64,000 bases of DNA from Geosiphon pyriformis uo1 (lineage: Eukaryota; Fungi; Glomeromycota), in assembly GCA_016748015.1 (NCBI GenBank), contig JAAOMT010000322.1, positions 62,001-126,000 of the forward strand, written 5' to 3'. The position numbers and the translations under genes are program-made. The notes beneath the pieces were generated by a model. That model was not told the origin of the DNA and made no database searches. It saw nothing but the letters and a program-made list of their open reading frames with translations. Positions 11,892 through 24,906 of this stretch are shown here, in pieces (the first letter of the stretch is position 1; each line of letters opens with the position of its first letter).

Positions 11892-12688
11892 TAGGGTAAT
11901 TAGAAATCGAATTTTTCTTTTTGGGAATTTTTTATCAAAATCATTGATGATTTTAATTAACAATCTTTTTTTTAATATTATGAAAAATTCAGTGCCTCAA
12001 ATTACAATGTGTTTTTTCTTTTGTATTTGAAACTTATTGTAAGGCTTTTCTTGGTAATGTTTCGATTGGGTCAATTAAAACTTTGCTCTCAGTTAGTTCA
12101 TTATCAATATATAAGTTAATTCTTATTATACTTGACTTGAACAAATTTTGGTAATTCTTTGATTATCATTGAATATGTAAATTTATATTCAAGCTCAGGT
12201 ATAGTAATAAAGGATAATTAAATTAAGTTGGCTTCATAATAATAATAATTTTTTTATATTTATTTTTATATTTTTTGTATTTTTAATTTTTACATAATTA
12301 AAAATTAATATTAGCAAGGGTATTTTGGCAAATAAAGATACTGTGGTGAAGTTAATAATTTGTGTAAAAAATGCCATTTGTTCAAGGTATATACTTTCAT
12401 GCATCTTGCATGCAAATTTATTTTGCTAACTTTGCCATAATATCTATTCGCCCACAATACCTCCATTCGCCAAAATACCCCTTTACCTTAACAAATTTAC
12501 TCGGATTTACAGCCACTTTTATAATGAATGATCGAAGCCACAATTTGTGTTACTTTGATGCATTAATAACTTCAAAAGACTAATCTTACCAGAATTTATT
12601 TTTGGCCCAGGTATCAGGATTTAGTCCTTTGGATTTGTATTCACCTCAACAAAATTTTCAGATTCTATGATTTTACCATTAGCTTGTA

Positions 12689-14289
12689 ATGGCTGACCAG
12701 GACATCACTCACTTGAAAACGTTTAAACAACCTATAGAACGCGCAAAGTCAACGAAGATGACAGTGCGTCATGGCAGCACTTCTCATTCCAACTCTCCAA
12801 ATTCCTCACCAAGGCCTCATTCTGCAAATAATTCAGATTCCCTTGGTATTCCTTCAGCATTGATGATTAACCTCCCCTTAGGAGATTCAAAAATTACTCT
12901 AGACCGAGTGCCAAACGTTGTGCAAAATTTCTTAATAGAACAAGATCTAAAGCAACAAAGCGGCATCACATGGCGTATGGTTCTTCAAAATTTATCATTA
13001 ATTGGACTGTGGTACTTCTTCTCGACGGCGCTATCGTTTTATAACAAATATTTAATGGGAAGAAATAAATTCAATTTAAAATTGCCCATCTTTGTGAGCG
13101 CGATACACACAGGGCTGCATTTTTTGGTCACATATGCTCTCATGAGGGGTACATGTCCAGCAGTCTATCGAAAACCCGAGGGCAAAACCGTATCGAGAAA
13201 AAGTTATATAACTAGAGTGGTGAGTTTCATTTCTTAATTAAATACGATGTAAGATGAAAACATGAGGATCTTATTCATAAACTTTATGTAGGTAAGTTTT
13301 GGGTAAAGGTAAATCAATTGGCTTAATTTTTAATATTGGCCCGAATTGTTTTACGCAATCTGTAATTAGATTCCAACTGCTATTGCAGCAGCACTCGAGA
13401 TATCTACGAGCAATGCATCCCTTGTATTTATTACATTGACTTTTTATACAATGGTAAGCTTTAAATTTCTTATAACCCTATTATTAAGTACAGAAATTAA
13501 GTAAATTGATCAAATAATTCATTAAAAAAAATAGGTAAAATCTTCAGCTCCAATATGGGTTCTTTGTTTTGCTTTTTTATTTAGATTAGAACAAGTGCGG
13601 CTTTCGCTGATTGGGATAATATTAGTTATAAGTTTCGGGGTAATCTTGACAGTAGCGGGAGAAGCCAAATTCAATTTACTCGGTTTTTTGTTGGTATTCG
13701 GTTCAGGAATATTGAGTGGATTACGATGGTCTCTCACCCAAATGCTCCTACAAAAGGAAGATGGTTTGAATAATCCGATTACGACCTTATTCTACGTATC
13801 ACCAATTATGTTTGCCTGCATGTTTATTCTATCGTTAATTTTTGAAGACCCGTTGGAACAATTTTCGACATCTGAACATTTTCGAGATTCAGAAACTTCT
13901 ATAAAAACTTTCTTTTTGATGTTAGCCGGAGGCTTTCTAGCATTTTTCATGACGTTGGCTGAATTCGCTTTGATTCAGAATACTAGTACGGTAACCTTAT
14001 CTGTCGCCGGGATCAGTAAAGAATTGTTGGTTATTACTCTATCTGTGCTAATCAACAAGGATGAGATCACATATATTAATGTGTTGGGGTGAGTAAAATT
14101 GGTTTGTTACTTTGATTTTTCCAAAAATCATATTAGATTGATAAAGACAAATATTTCTTTTCTCGTTCCAGTTTGGTCATTTCAATATCAGGGATCGCTG
14201 CATATAACTATTACAAAATCAAAGCCCATAAAGACCGTAAAGGGAAATATCAGCAACTTCCCTTAAACAAGATTGATATTTCAGATTAA
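12689..14289 (+). CDS. Triose-phosphate / nucleotide-sugar transporter family protein (SLC35C2/Ymd8-like)
   Basis: WYFFSTALSFYNKYL, TFYTMVKSSAPIWVL.FAF.F.LE, SGLRWSLTQMLLQ, TSTVTLSVAGISKE; several TM segments; TAA at 14287-14289. Confidence 0.88.
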
Positions 14290-15924
14290 TAAATAATTTT
14301 TTTTTTGCAAAGCCTTAGGTTGATCGAATAACAAAGTGAGTTAACTTCCAAACTTGTCAATAAATTAGATGAGGAAGAGTATATTTTCCATTATGAGTTG
14401 ATTGATGCTTTAATCGTGCCCTCTCAAACTAGGTTATTAAAATAATCAAGTTACAATCATTGAAAAAACTAATATCACGGAATATTTGAAATAGCCGAAT
14501 TTTTATGTTGATCTTATCAACAATTACATCATTAAACACAAAGATAACATAGATTTTACTCATATTACACAAGTGTGATTATCTTAAGAAATTTTTTATT
14601 TCATATCAATGACATCAATTTGTCTTTATTTGTATATTATTTGAATTTCTAATTTACCCAAGATATCAATTAAAATGTTCACACAAATAATTATAAATAT
14701 CGTATATTTTTAAAGAAAATTGTCAATAGATTTTTGGTTACTTGTGTTCAAAGAATAAAAGAAACAGAAATTTTATGAATACCGAGCTTTATTTTGAAAG
14801 TTTTTGCTAAACGGTTATGAACAAGATTTGTAAACAAAAATATATTGTAAAAATTATTTTGTTAGTAATTTAGTTTTAAAATTGATTGTTATCATGTTTA
14901 GACATATTATAAAATATTTTTTTATAATAATTTAATATTATACAAAATAATTTTTATTGTGCTTAATTTATATTATTTTTTGAATATTTTAAAATTACTA
15001 AATGTTTTATTTTATTTATATTAAAACAATAAATTTTTTTTAATCAAGATTAAATTGTATTGCAGTATTAATAAGAATCCAAATTTGAATTTTGCAGCAA
15101 AAAAAAAAGGAAATAAATATATGTATTTTATTTAAAATAATGATAATTACTATATTTCATGATTTAAATATTTATTCATTCTTCTTGTAAGTTAAAAAAT
15201 TGTATGTAAATTTAATTTTTATTTGTAATTCCTATCACAATGGTCGCTGATCCGAAAATCCATAAGATGATGACGATGCGCAGCGTTTCACAGCATTTTA
15301 AAAATCGGATCAATTTGTCTTACTCATTATCAACTACCAGATTTATTAGGTGACTAATAACGAAATATTTTTACTTTTAAAGCAATCCTCATGTTCATGA
15401 ACAAAAAATTTTAAATATCTATTTTTGGTCGAATATCAAATTCTTTTTAATTTTCACTATATTAAAAAAAAAATTTCCCATTCGAAATTTAGAAAAAAAA
15501 GTTTTTTCATCTTTTTTTTTTTTCGTAGCATTCAATTCGTATTTATATATATTTTTTAAATCAAGGAATATATATATTTTTTACAATGAGATAAGCTTAT
15601 TGATCACGTCATCTGGTTGATCTCGAAAACCTTTCAAGAAGGAACACCAACGAAACCTGAATATTGCTCTGTTTTACACACACAGTTTGTTACATAACTT
15701 GTTTTTTAAAGTATTGGTTATTATCCTATTATATAACAATCACAATAACTTTATCAAGTGTATCATCGAATATATATATTTATGAATATGTTCACCTTTT
15801 TGCGTCACTACCTTCTTTCTTTTCGACCTTTGAAACTCTCGCTATTTTTCTTGTCGTTGCTAGAAAACCTAAGCATCTTTTTTTGATGCTTCATTAATAA
15901 AGAAATAAAATTTTTTCAATAAAT

Positions 15925-18900
15925 ATGAAAGGACTTTGGTCCTCTCTCACTAGAACTAACAGCAACAAAAGTATTCATAATAATAAAAGTACTCGAACCT
16001 CTAAAACTAAAAAAGATATTGACTCAACTGTGATTTCTCCAACTTCTTTTTCTTCAAACTTGGAAAATAATCAAACTTCTCACACTAAACACCCCATAGG
16101 AATTGACTTGACTTCACCTTTAATCAAAGACTCGATAGATACAAAGGAAGTTGAGGCAACGACAACGATTACAACTTCTGTAACTCAGCTTCCTCCTAAA
16201 ACAAATGGCATAGAAAAAGCAATAGAACCAACCACTCTAAATAATCTCTCCGCTCAAGTTTCAACAGATTCTATTCAAACTCCAAGTCAAAACGAGAAAA
16301 CAGACGAGGAAGAATCCACAAAACAGAGCGAAACTCAACTAATTGAAAAAGCAACCAAAGAACTTCTTGAATCACAAACTTCAGGACAGGAGCTTCCGCT
16401 TGCTACACCACTAATAAATTCCACTACTGAGACAGAAAATAACCAGATAGATTTCACGACGACAATACCAGCACCACCAACACCAACACCAACACCAATA
16501 ACAATAACAACAACAACAACAGCAACAACAACACTAACACCACTATCATCACCACCCGTTGAAAAATTAGAAACTGAAAATAAAATGAGCGTTTCTATTG
16601 AACCGGTTTCATCAAAACCGGAAAAAAAACAACGATATGTTTTCTTTCCTTCATTGCTGAACAATTCAACTGGCTCTCTCGCGTCCACTTCGTCAGGCAC
16701 GGATGGCAAAAAGAAAAAAATCTCACCTGATGCAGAGTCAACAAATTCGAAATTTAGATTATTTAGGACCTGGAGCAATGCTCAAGATTCAGAATATAAG
16801 ACTATAGAAAAGGCTTTAGGAAGGTATTAACATTACTTTGAAATCTGAAAAGGTTTTTTTACTTTTCTCATGTCATCAATAATAATTGCTATTTTTTAAT
16901 TACATTTGGTAGGTTTCAATCCAAAGATCGGTATAAAGTCGAGGTTCTCAAAATTATCGTAATACCATGGTTAAAAAAAAATAGCATTGGTAATTTTTTT
17001 CATTTATAAAAAGTCTTACTTCAAAATCTCTGCTAATTAATAAATCCATCTTTAGTCAACGTTTCTGATAAGCCTCTTCAACATGGTCGTCTTGTTTTGC
17101 TAAGATGGTGGGTAATTTGAAGTTGATTATTTATTATTTACAAAAATTCTAAATCTTGATATTTTTTTCATTGTAGGTGGAATCTTTTAATATCAAATTT
17201 GCCAAATGCCGCTTATACAGATCGTGCTTTATACTTTGAATGCATCTTATCCTTGATGACGAGGTATTTTTTACTTGTTATTTTTTACATATAACAGTCT
17301 TATTAATTTTTTTTTCTTTGAACAGGAATGAGTTTGAAGAATTGGGCAAGTTTATATTTTATTTAGTTGACAAGGGGGAGGGGGAAGTTTAAAAAGCTAA
17401 AACTTCGAAACCAGTTGTTTGGTCAAAATCCAACATGAAATAATTTTTTTTGTTCAAATTCATTAGACCTAATTGGTTCATTTCCTCATTCGGATCGTAC
17501 CGAAACCTATCAGGGAATTCCAGTTGAAGCTATCTTATTCTATCGAGAGGCTTTGATGGTTACACTTGGGTATGCAATTGATCGCTTGAATCAAAAAGGA
17601 GTCTATTCCAATGTAATCTCATTTTGTGCTAGAGTGTTGGGTAAGGAAAATTAATCAAAGTCTTTCTTTATCTACTCTTCTGTTAAATGTGACATTAATT
17701 TTTCCTTTTTTTTTTTTGTAAAGCGTTATGTTTTTTCAAAATTCCGTCCGTAGGTATATCATTATTACAAGCTTTACCGGTAAACAAAGCCCATATAAAG
17801 AGAATGTTAAAGGAAGCTGTTGGAGAATCAGAATCAAGGTGAGTTTCATACATTCATTTAATCTCGAAACATTTCTTCCGTTAATAATCGATATTCATTA
17901 TTTCAATAGTAATGACTGGATAGTAAAGCAACGCTTGAAAAATCAACAGATTTTTCCGAATCATTTGAGTAATCTTTGTTTCTTAAATGTAAGAAAATGG
18001 ATTTGGGAATTGGAGAACGCAAAAAAAAAATACGGTGAATCTCCCATGGAAATGAGTGGCAATTGGATACGAAGGTATTTCGATTTTATTTTCGTCTCCT
18101 TATTCTAGAAAGAATTAATTTAATCACAATTTTGACTTTTTTCTGCCAGATGGCAAAGTGACGATAGCGAATTATTTTTTTCTTTTTATAAACATTATCA
18201 TGTCGTATTAAAGTTTTATATAGTTCCCCATTTAACATCTATGCCAAAGTTGTCAACCCTTAATTATATCACAGCCCCTGGCTATCTGCATCTTGCCTCT
18301 TTTTTTTTGAGCAAAATAGAATCTTTGATCCATCGTGATATTCACACAATCACCACAGTAATACAATTTGAAAATCCAAGAACTGCTGGGAACCCTAGTG
18401 CGACAGCTTCTTTAATAGCAGGTTTGCCAAACTCTATCAATCCCAACACTTCTGCTGTAGCTATTGGAATGGGTTCATTTGCAAATGATGCTATGGGTGG
18501 AAATGGTAAGCCAAAGGTTCTGGAAATGGCTGGCCGACGGTTCGTTGAAACGCTAGTTTCAATTGTTGAGCACGGCTTATATGAAAACATGTGCAATCAT
18601 TGGATCAAGGCTGTAGTAAAAAAGACTAATATGTATGACGTCGAGGGAGTATTTTGTAAGTGAAAAATAAAAGTTCTCATATTTAAAGATACATTAAATT
18701 TTGAACGTAGCTTTTTTTCATTCTTTTATCACTTTGAAGGTTTGCTAGATTTTCTCGATACGTTACTGCTTGAACTTGATGGAAGGTAAAGTAATCTCAT
18801 GAATAGAGAAATTATCATTTTATTTTCAAATATTTCTTAATTGTTATCCAAAAATCTATATAGGGATACTATAGAAACTTTCACTGACCTTCACGTAAAC

Positions 18901-20380
18901 AATGATAATATTACTTCATCTTCCTCATCAACCAGTTCCAGTTCCTCCACTACCGGTCTAGTCTCCGTCGTTGATATCTCTTTCTATCTCTCACTGATAA
19001 AACTTCTCTTGGACAAATCCGATCATACCATAACGCTTCTTCGGACAATAAGTTTTATTTACACTCATTTTTACCTTTTTACCTCAAAATCATCGTATTT
19101 GGGAAAATTGGTTAAGGATCTCTTGCTGGAGGAGGAAATGTTTGAAAGATTATTTTGTCATTGGTCTCGGAATGTAAGGATTTATTTTATGAGGCTTTTG
19201 GTTTGGCGAGTATCAAGAGTAGGAGGTACTTCCGGAAATTTAGAAAATAGAAAAGAAATAGAAGCTATCGATAGTGGAGTAGCAGTTGGATCCAACTCGG
19301 AAGAAAGTATGGTTGAGTAAGTATTATTAGTTTATTCCCTGTATTATATTTAATTTCAAAAAGAATTGACATAAAATTTTTTTCAAAACTCTTAATCTTT
19401 ATAGAACTGTTTTATTTACTTTACAAAATCGTGTTGAAAGTATACGACTATGTCACGAATTTCTTTCCAGTTATGTTGGTGATCTTAAAGAACTAGATGA
19501 TATTATTAAAGCCAAATTATCAGAAAATATGCTTGGTTCCTCATCTATGCCTAGTCCTAGCACCCCTACTACCCCAACTCCTATATCCACGACAGATGAA
19601 GAAGCCGCCCAACAAACAAATACCGAAATAGCTACCAATGACTCCCCACCTAACGGATCTCCTCATACATCTTCATCCTCATCATTCTCTTCATCCTCAT
19701 CAAAATCATCATCATCACTTCCACCCGGAAAACAGCCAAAATCAAAACAACGACAGCGACAAACCTCACGAAAAAAGAAGTTAACTGTAAAGGAGTTGAT
19801 TGCGATACAATCCGCATCTTCATCATCTGGTAAAGAAATTCCTTCGGGAACATGTTTCTTCCGTTGGATGTTTCCAAATCCATCATCATCTAAGAACATT
19901 AACGATTATAAGCTGGCGTCGGCATCGTCTACGTATCATAATAAACCCATAGTTAATAGTACGCCAGCTACCATACAAAAATCCTCGTTGCCGTCGTCGT
20001 CTCGAACCAATTATAACCCGCACTTGATGCCGTTAATGAACCATTACTCTCCACATCGACACGTATACGCGGGAAAAGCGGTCCAAGAGTTCGAGGCTGT
20101 GAATCAAGAATACGCGGAATGGTGTGCGCAAGTTGCTAATATGGCCGATAAGAATTACAGTAGTAGCAGTACAACTGGAATCGCAGCTGTAATAAATGAG
20201 AACGTTAGTGGTGCTAATATTGGATTAGGACTCAATAATAACATGACAGGTAACAATAATAACAACCACGCTGGAATGGTATCAATGATGATAAGGTTCC
20301 CAGGTTTGGTTGTTGAGTATCCGAAATATTTTGGGACGAGTGGAGGTGGAAATAATGGAAATGGGATTCCATTAGGATAA
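15925..20380 (+). CDS. DUF1765 / UPF0592-family protein (Ahk1/YDL073W-like) with S/T/P-rich disordered termini
   Basis: Spliced motifs WIRRWQSDDSELFFSFYKHYH, LFCHWSRNVRIYFMRLLVWRV and YAGKAVQEF; many short GT-AG introns; family assigned from motif recall. Confidence 0.75.
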
Positions 20381-21224
20381 ACATTGATGGTTAATTTGTA
20401 GAGATAATGGGATTAATATCTTAAAATCTCATCCTTTGAGGACGTGATTTCCCTTCATCGACAAGACAATTGATCATAATCTTACTCTCCTTTTCCTCGT
20501 CTCAGAATTTCGTCATTCTTTATTTTTGAATCACACAGGTTTACTACGTCACATCATAATTTGGTAAATTTTTTAATCATTTTCCATTCTGCTTTTTTGT
20601 CATATTATTTTTGTAAAAGAAATAATTGACAGAGATTTGATGGGGAAAAAGAATTTTTGGAATAGATGAATTAAACAGATATGTTAATCTGATCACAAAT
20701 ATAAAACTGATCCGTGTAACAATAATTTTCTGATTAATGATCAATTTTTTGGTGTTCTTTCAAAGTTTAAAGCTCATAATAATAACTGGTAACTCCTTTT
20801 TAGACGTTTGTTGAGAATATGTTCACTTGCTTTTGTTAAGCGTTCCTTACCAGAACTCTAAAAGTGTTCCACATGTTAGAAAAGTAATAGTTTCATTTTA
20901 AAATTCTTGGTTATCTAGAAGGTCTTGAATAATATTAAAATTTCTGTATTTGCCTTTAAGTTAATTGAAAGAATGATTGGATCATGAATATTTATAAATA
21001 ACTAGTTCATATATAATTTTTCTTGTTATTTATAATGGGTTTTCCGCTGAATCAGACTTTTATCCCACTTTTATCAAAATATGTTGCTCTTAATGAAATA
21101 TTATTATTTCGATGCATTGCGTTTTAATTTGAGCTAATTTCATTAATAGAATTACTTTAACTTCAGCTGATCTCACATTTTACGTGAGTCATTTGATAAT
21201 AATTTTAAAACTAATTGAAAGTCG

Positions 21225-22956
21225 TTATTGAGACGTTTGATCATCCCCAATAACTTTCAAACCTCCCATCCACTTTTGTAGCACCTTAGGGACTAGCACT
21301 TTTCCATCAGAAGTTTGAAAGTTTTCAAGGATTGCAATGATCAAACGTGGAACAGCAGCAGCAGTCCCATTGAGCGTGTGTACAAATTCAGTCTGAGGCA
21401 TAGATGATGATTTTTGATCGGCAAGCTTTTCTTCATTATTATTGCGGCTCGAAGGTCGGTATCGAATATTTAATCGACGTGATTGATAGTCAGTACAATT
21501 TGAAGCAGATGATATCTATTTAATTGGGGAAAGAATCGTCAATCCGGCGGCAGTAATCAAATTAAATGCTAGGGATGGATAACTTTTGACTCTTTAATTC
21601 ACACTGTACCTCGCCCCAATCTCCACGACCAGCCATCCATGCTTCTATGTCATATTTTCGGAAAGCACTAGCTCCCAATTCTCCGGTTGGCATATCCAGA
21701 ACTCTAGAAATTTTATTATTTGATCAAAACATAATGGTCCAAATAATATAGAAAGGTCACAATGATAAATAGAAAAATACGACAAATCACTTGAAGCATA
21801 AGCCCAAATCTACGCAAATCTCTTCTTGGATCGATATAATTTCATCAAACATTCGTTCACTTTGCTCTGGTGTTGTCACCGAAAATATTTCCACTTTACT
21901 AAATTGATGTACACGGTAGAGTCCTTTTGTATCAGCACCACGTGCACCAGCCTCAGCACGATAAGCTCGTCCGAACCCGACCATCTTAATCGGCAGTTGA
22001 CTTTCTTTTAAAATCTTTTCAGCATAAATCCCAGCGAGAGGAATCTCAGCTGTGGCAGAAAGTATCAAATGTGTTGATTTTTGTTGTTGATGCTGCTGCT
22101 CTTTTGAGAGCGATGATGAATCAGGAGAATGTGATGAGGTGCTTAAAAAATAATTTTGCTGCATTTCATTTGTCCTCGGATTGAATCCACATGCATTACT
22201 AAACTCAGTTCTGATCACGTCCGGGGTGATGATCGGTGTGAAACCCTTAGAGATTAATTTTTGCATGGCATATTGTATCAAGGCTAGTTCCAAAAGTGCT
22301 CCTGCATTTCGAAGGTAATACCAACTATTACCCGAGACTTTAGCTGCTGATTCCAAATCCAACAAATCATGTTTTTTCGCAATACTCAGATGATCTTTGA
22401 TCGGATACGAAACTAATTCTTGCGTTAATGGTGTACCAAATTGTTTAACAACTCGAGTCTGAGATGCGTCACCAATAGGTGCATCAGGGTGTGTTTCATT
22501 CGGAATCAGAAGAGCTTCCTGTAATAGTAATTGCTCAATCTCTCCAAGTCTCGCATCTCTTTGATGAATTAATTCTTTGAGCATTTTACCTTGTTCCAGC
22601 AATGCAGCTCGTTCATCTGAGAGGGTCAAAGAAAAGGATGATGATAGCTTCTTTGTCAAATTAGCGATTTCGTTACGTTTACTTCGAAGATCATTTATTT
22701 CTTTTGTGATTTCACCAAAATTCGCGTATAGTTGGGCAACCTTTTGAATGTTTGCATCTAGCACATTTCTATTTCGAATGTTTTGGGAGATTGAATCCAA
22801 ATTATCGCGAAGGTATCTATAATTTAAATGTGGCTTAAGAATGATAAATGATGGTGGTGGTAAGGTTTTTGATGATGGTGCGAAAGTGGAGGATGAAAAT
22901 CGGACTTTTAATGAAGAGCGATCAAATTTCGATAATATCCCTGCGTATAAAATCAT
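21225..22956 (-). CDS. DIA4: Mitochondrial seryl-tRNA synthetase (3 exons)
   Basis: Coiled-coil arm, [73 protein letters not shown]; R/S-rich N-terminus; TAA at 21225-21227. Confidence 0.92.
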
Positions 22957-23584
22957 GGATTATCGAATGATTAAGAATAACTTCCACTAATCGCGAATTG
23001 TGAAAAGTAAATTCATTACCAAACTTTTTTAAATCAGCAACATATTTTGTCAAGAAATTAAATTTTGCCATCGCCTCAATTGTTCCCTTGAAGTAAATTA
23101 TGTGACTCCTGCCGCTCAAATATCCTTGACAATAAATCATATAAATCAAAAAGTCACAGGTTAAAATTGTCTTGCAGATCTTTGATAATGAGATTAGTCA
23201 TGTTTCGACTAGGTAGATTATTTTGTGTGAATCCTCTATTTCACTTTTAATTTAAACCTTTGAAAAATATTCAAGAACTGTTCAATCGTGGTAAATATGA
23301 AAAACTTGATTAATTCTTTTATTCATTAAGGTAAACTTTATAAAACTTTTAAATTTATGTAATAGCTTAATTTCAAATTAACACATGTTATATTTTTTCT
23401 TAAAAAATTATATATAAATTTTCAAATACTAAAATATATATTTTTTAAAAACAGAAAAAATTTTTATAAAAATAATGTATTTATAATATATTTAACCATC
23501 AGTTATTGAAATTATTCAAAATTTATTTCAAAGAACATTTTTCTGTTAGAATTATGTTGGCAAATTATAAACAAATTCACTAGT

Positions 23585-24501
23585 TTAATTCACTTTTTTA
23601 CTCTTTCTCCTAATATCTTCTCTAACGGCATTGGTTAGCTGCATCCAACTTTGCACAATCAGCGAAAATGGAATAATCATCCAAAAAAAATTAAAAAAGA
23701 AAAAATAAAACCAATAATAATAAGCCTCAGGACGACAATGCGGACTTCCTTGGAATATTGTTGTCCAATAATATAAGACACAACCATACATTTGACCTAA
23801 TGAAATTACCAATTGGAGTACGTAACGAGATGGCCACTGTTGGTAAATGGCAAATGCGGTTGCGAACGATAATGGGCCCCAGATTGCCTTTTGAATTAAG
23901 TGGAATCAGGAATTCATTCGTAATAATAATAATAATAATAATAATAATACCCTAAAAACTTACAGCAGTAATCCGTTCCATGTTAACAACAAATGGATCT
24001 GACGATAAATACCTAGAATCACTTAACGCATACTCTTTCCATAACTGTCCCAATAACGCGTTATCACCTTGCATAGTTTCGTGAAACGTGGCAAAATAAC
24101 CCTCGAAAAAAGTATGAATACAACCACAAACGACAAACCATAAAAAGGCCAATTTATCTAGACGATTTAATTTTTTGGATTGTGAACCGACAAAGAGGAT
24201 TAATGAACTTGCTAGTATGACTGTAAAGAATGCGATGAAAAATATTGAGAGGATGTATGGCATTGAGAGGGTCGGTGCTACATAGTCGGGTAGCTGGAAT
24301 TTGGAGCGTTTTAGAGGAGTATAGACGGTAGCTTTTAGGATTCAAAAGTTCTTAAGACGAAATCGAACCTACCACTAGATTACGAGGATAGTAAGGGTGA
24401 GAAGGTTCAAAAAGAGGAAAGCCTTTCGTTACATTATTACTCGAGTCTACTTGTTCTACCTGAGTGATACGTTTAAACAACCCAAACAAAAAGTCAAGCA
24501 T
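23585..24501 (-). CDS. EBP: Emopamil-binding protein (EBP/EXPERA) 3-beta-hydroxysteroid delta8-delta7 isomerase (3 exons)
   Basis: ATG at 24501 leads to ..SHPYYPRNLV|LPDYVAP.., WFVVCGCIHTFFEGYF, QLWKEYALSDSRY, MERITA|AIWGP, GQMYG, YYYWFYFFFFN.FWMIIP. Confidence 0.92.
23922..23949. repeat. (AAT)n microsatellite inside EBP intron 2
   Basis: Direct reading. Confidence 0.9.
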
Positions 24502-24906
24502 ATTTGCTCTCAACGGAGATTAACAATATATATTTTATTGGATCTGACAGGACTTTTTAAATTCTAGATTTTAAATATAAATCCTAAGACATTTTTGCTC
24601 GATTTTTCTTGTTAATATCTATTACACAAAAGTCTAGTTCACGTGTTCTCTAAAAAGATAGAATACAATAACCTAAAACGGAAGAGAATAGTTGTGTTAC
24701 TTAATTTATGTAATTTGAGATCTAAATTCTATGTTAATTCCAAATTTTAAAATTATCTTTGCAATTATAAACTTTATACCTCTGAAAGCTTGGAATGAAT
24801 GTCAACCGTGAATTTTAAAAAATTGTATTTTCAAGTTATAGTTTTATAGCAGACAGAACTGTATTACCCTTATTGTTGATCTCCTCACTCTTTCTTTTCG
24901 CCAAAA

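Noticed and set aside
16470-16556. PTPT/TTTT repeat as an adhesin or mucin gene
   Set aside because: Low-complexity part of exon 1 of the DUF1765 gene; no signal peptide.
2607-20714. Recurring CTGATCCR motif as a promoter element (2607, 15247)
   Set aside because: It also occurs at 1013 and between convergent genes at 20707; too short and unspecific without statistics.
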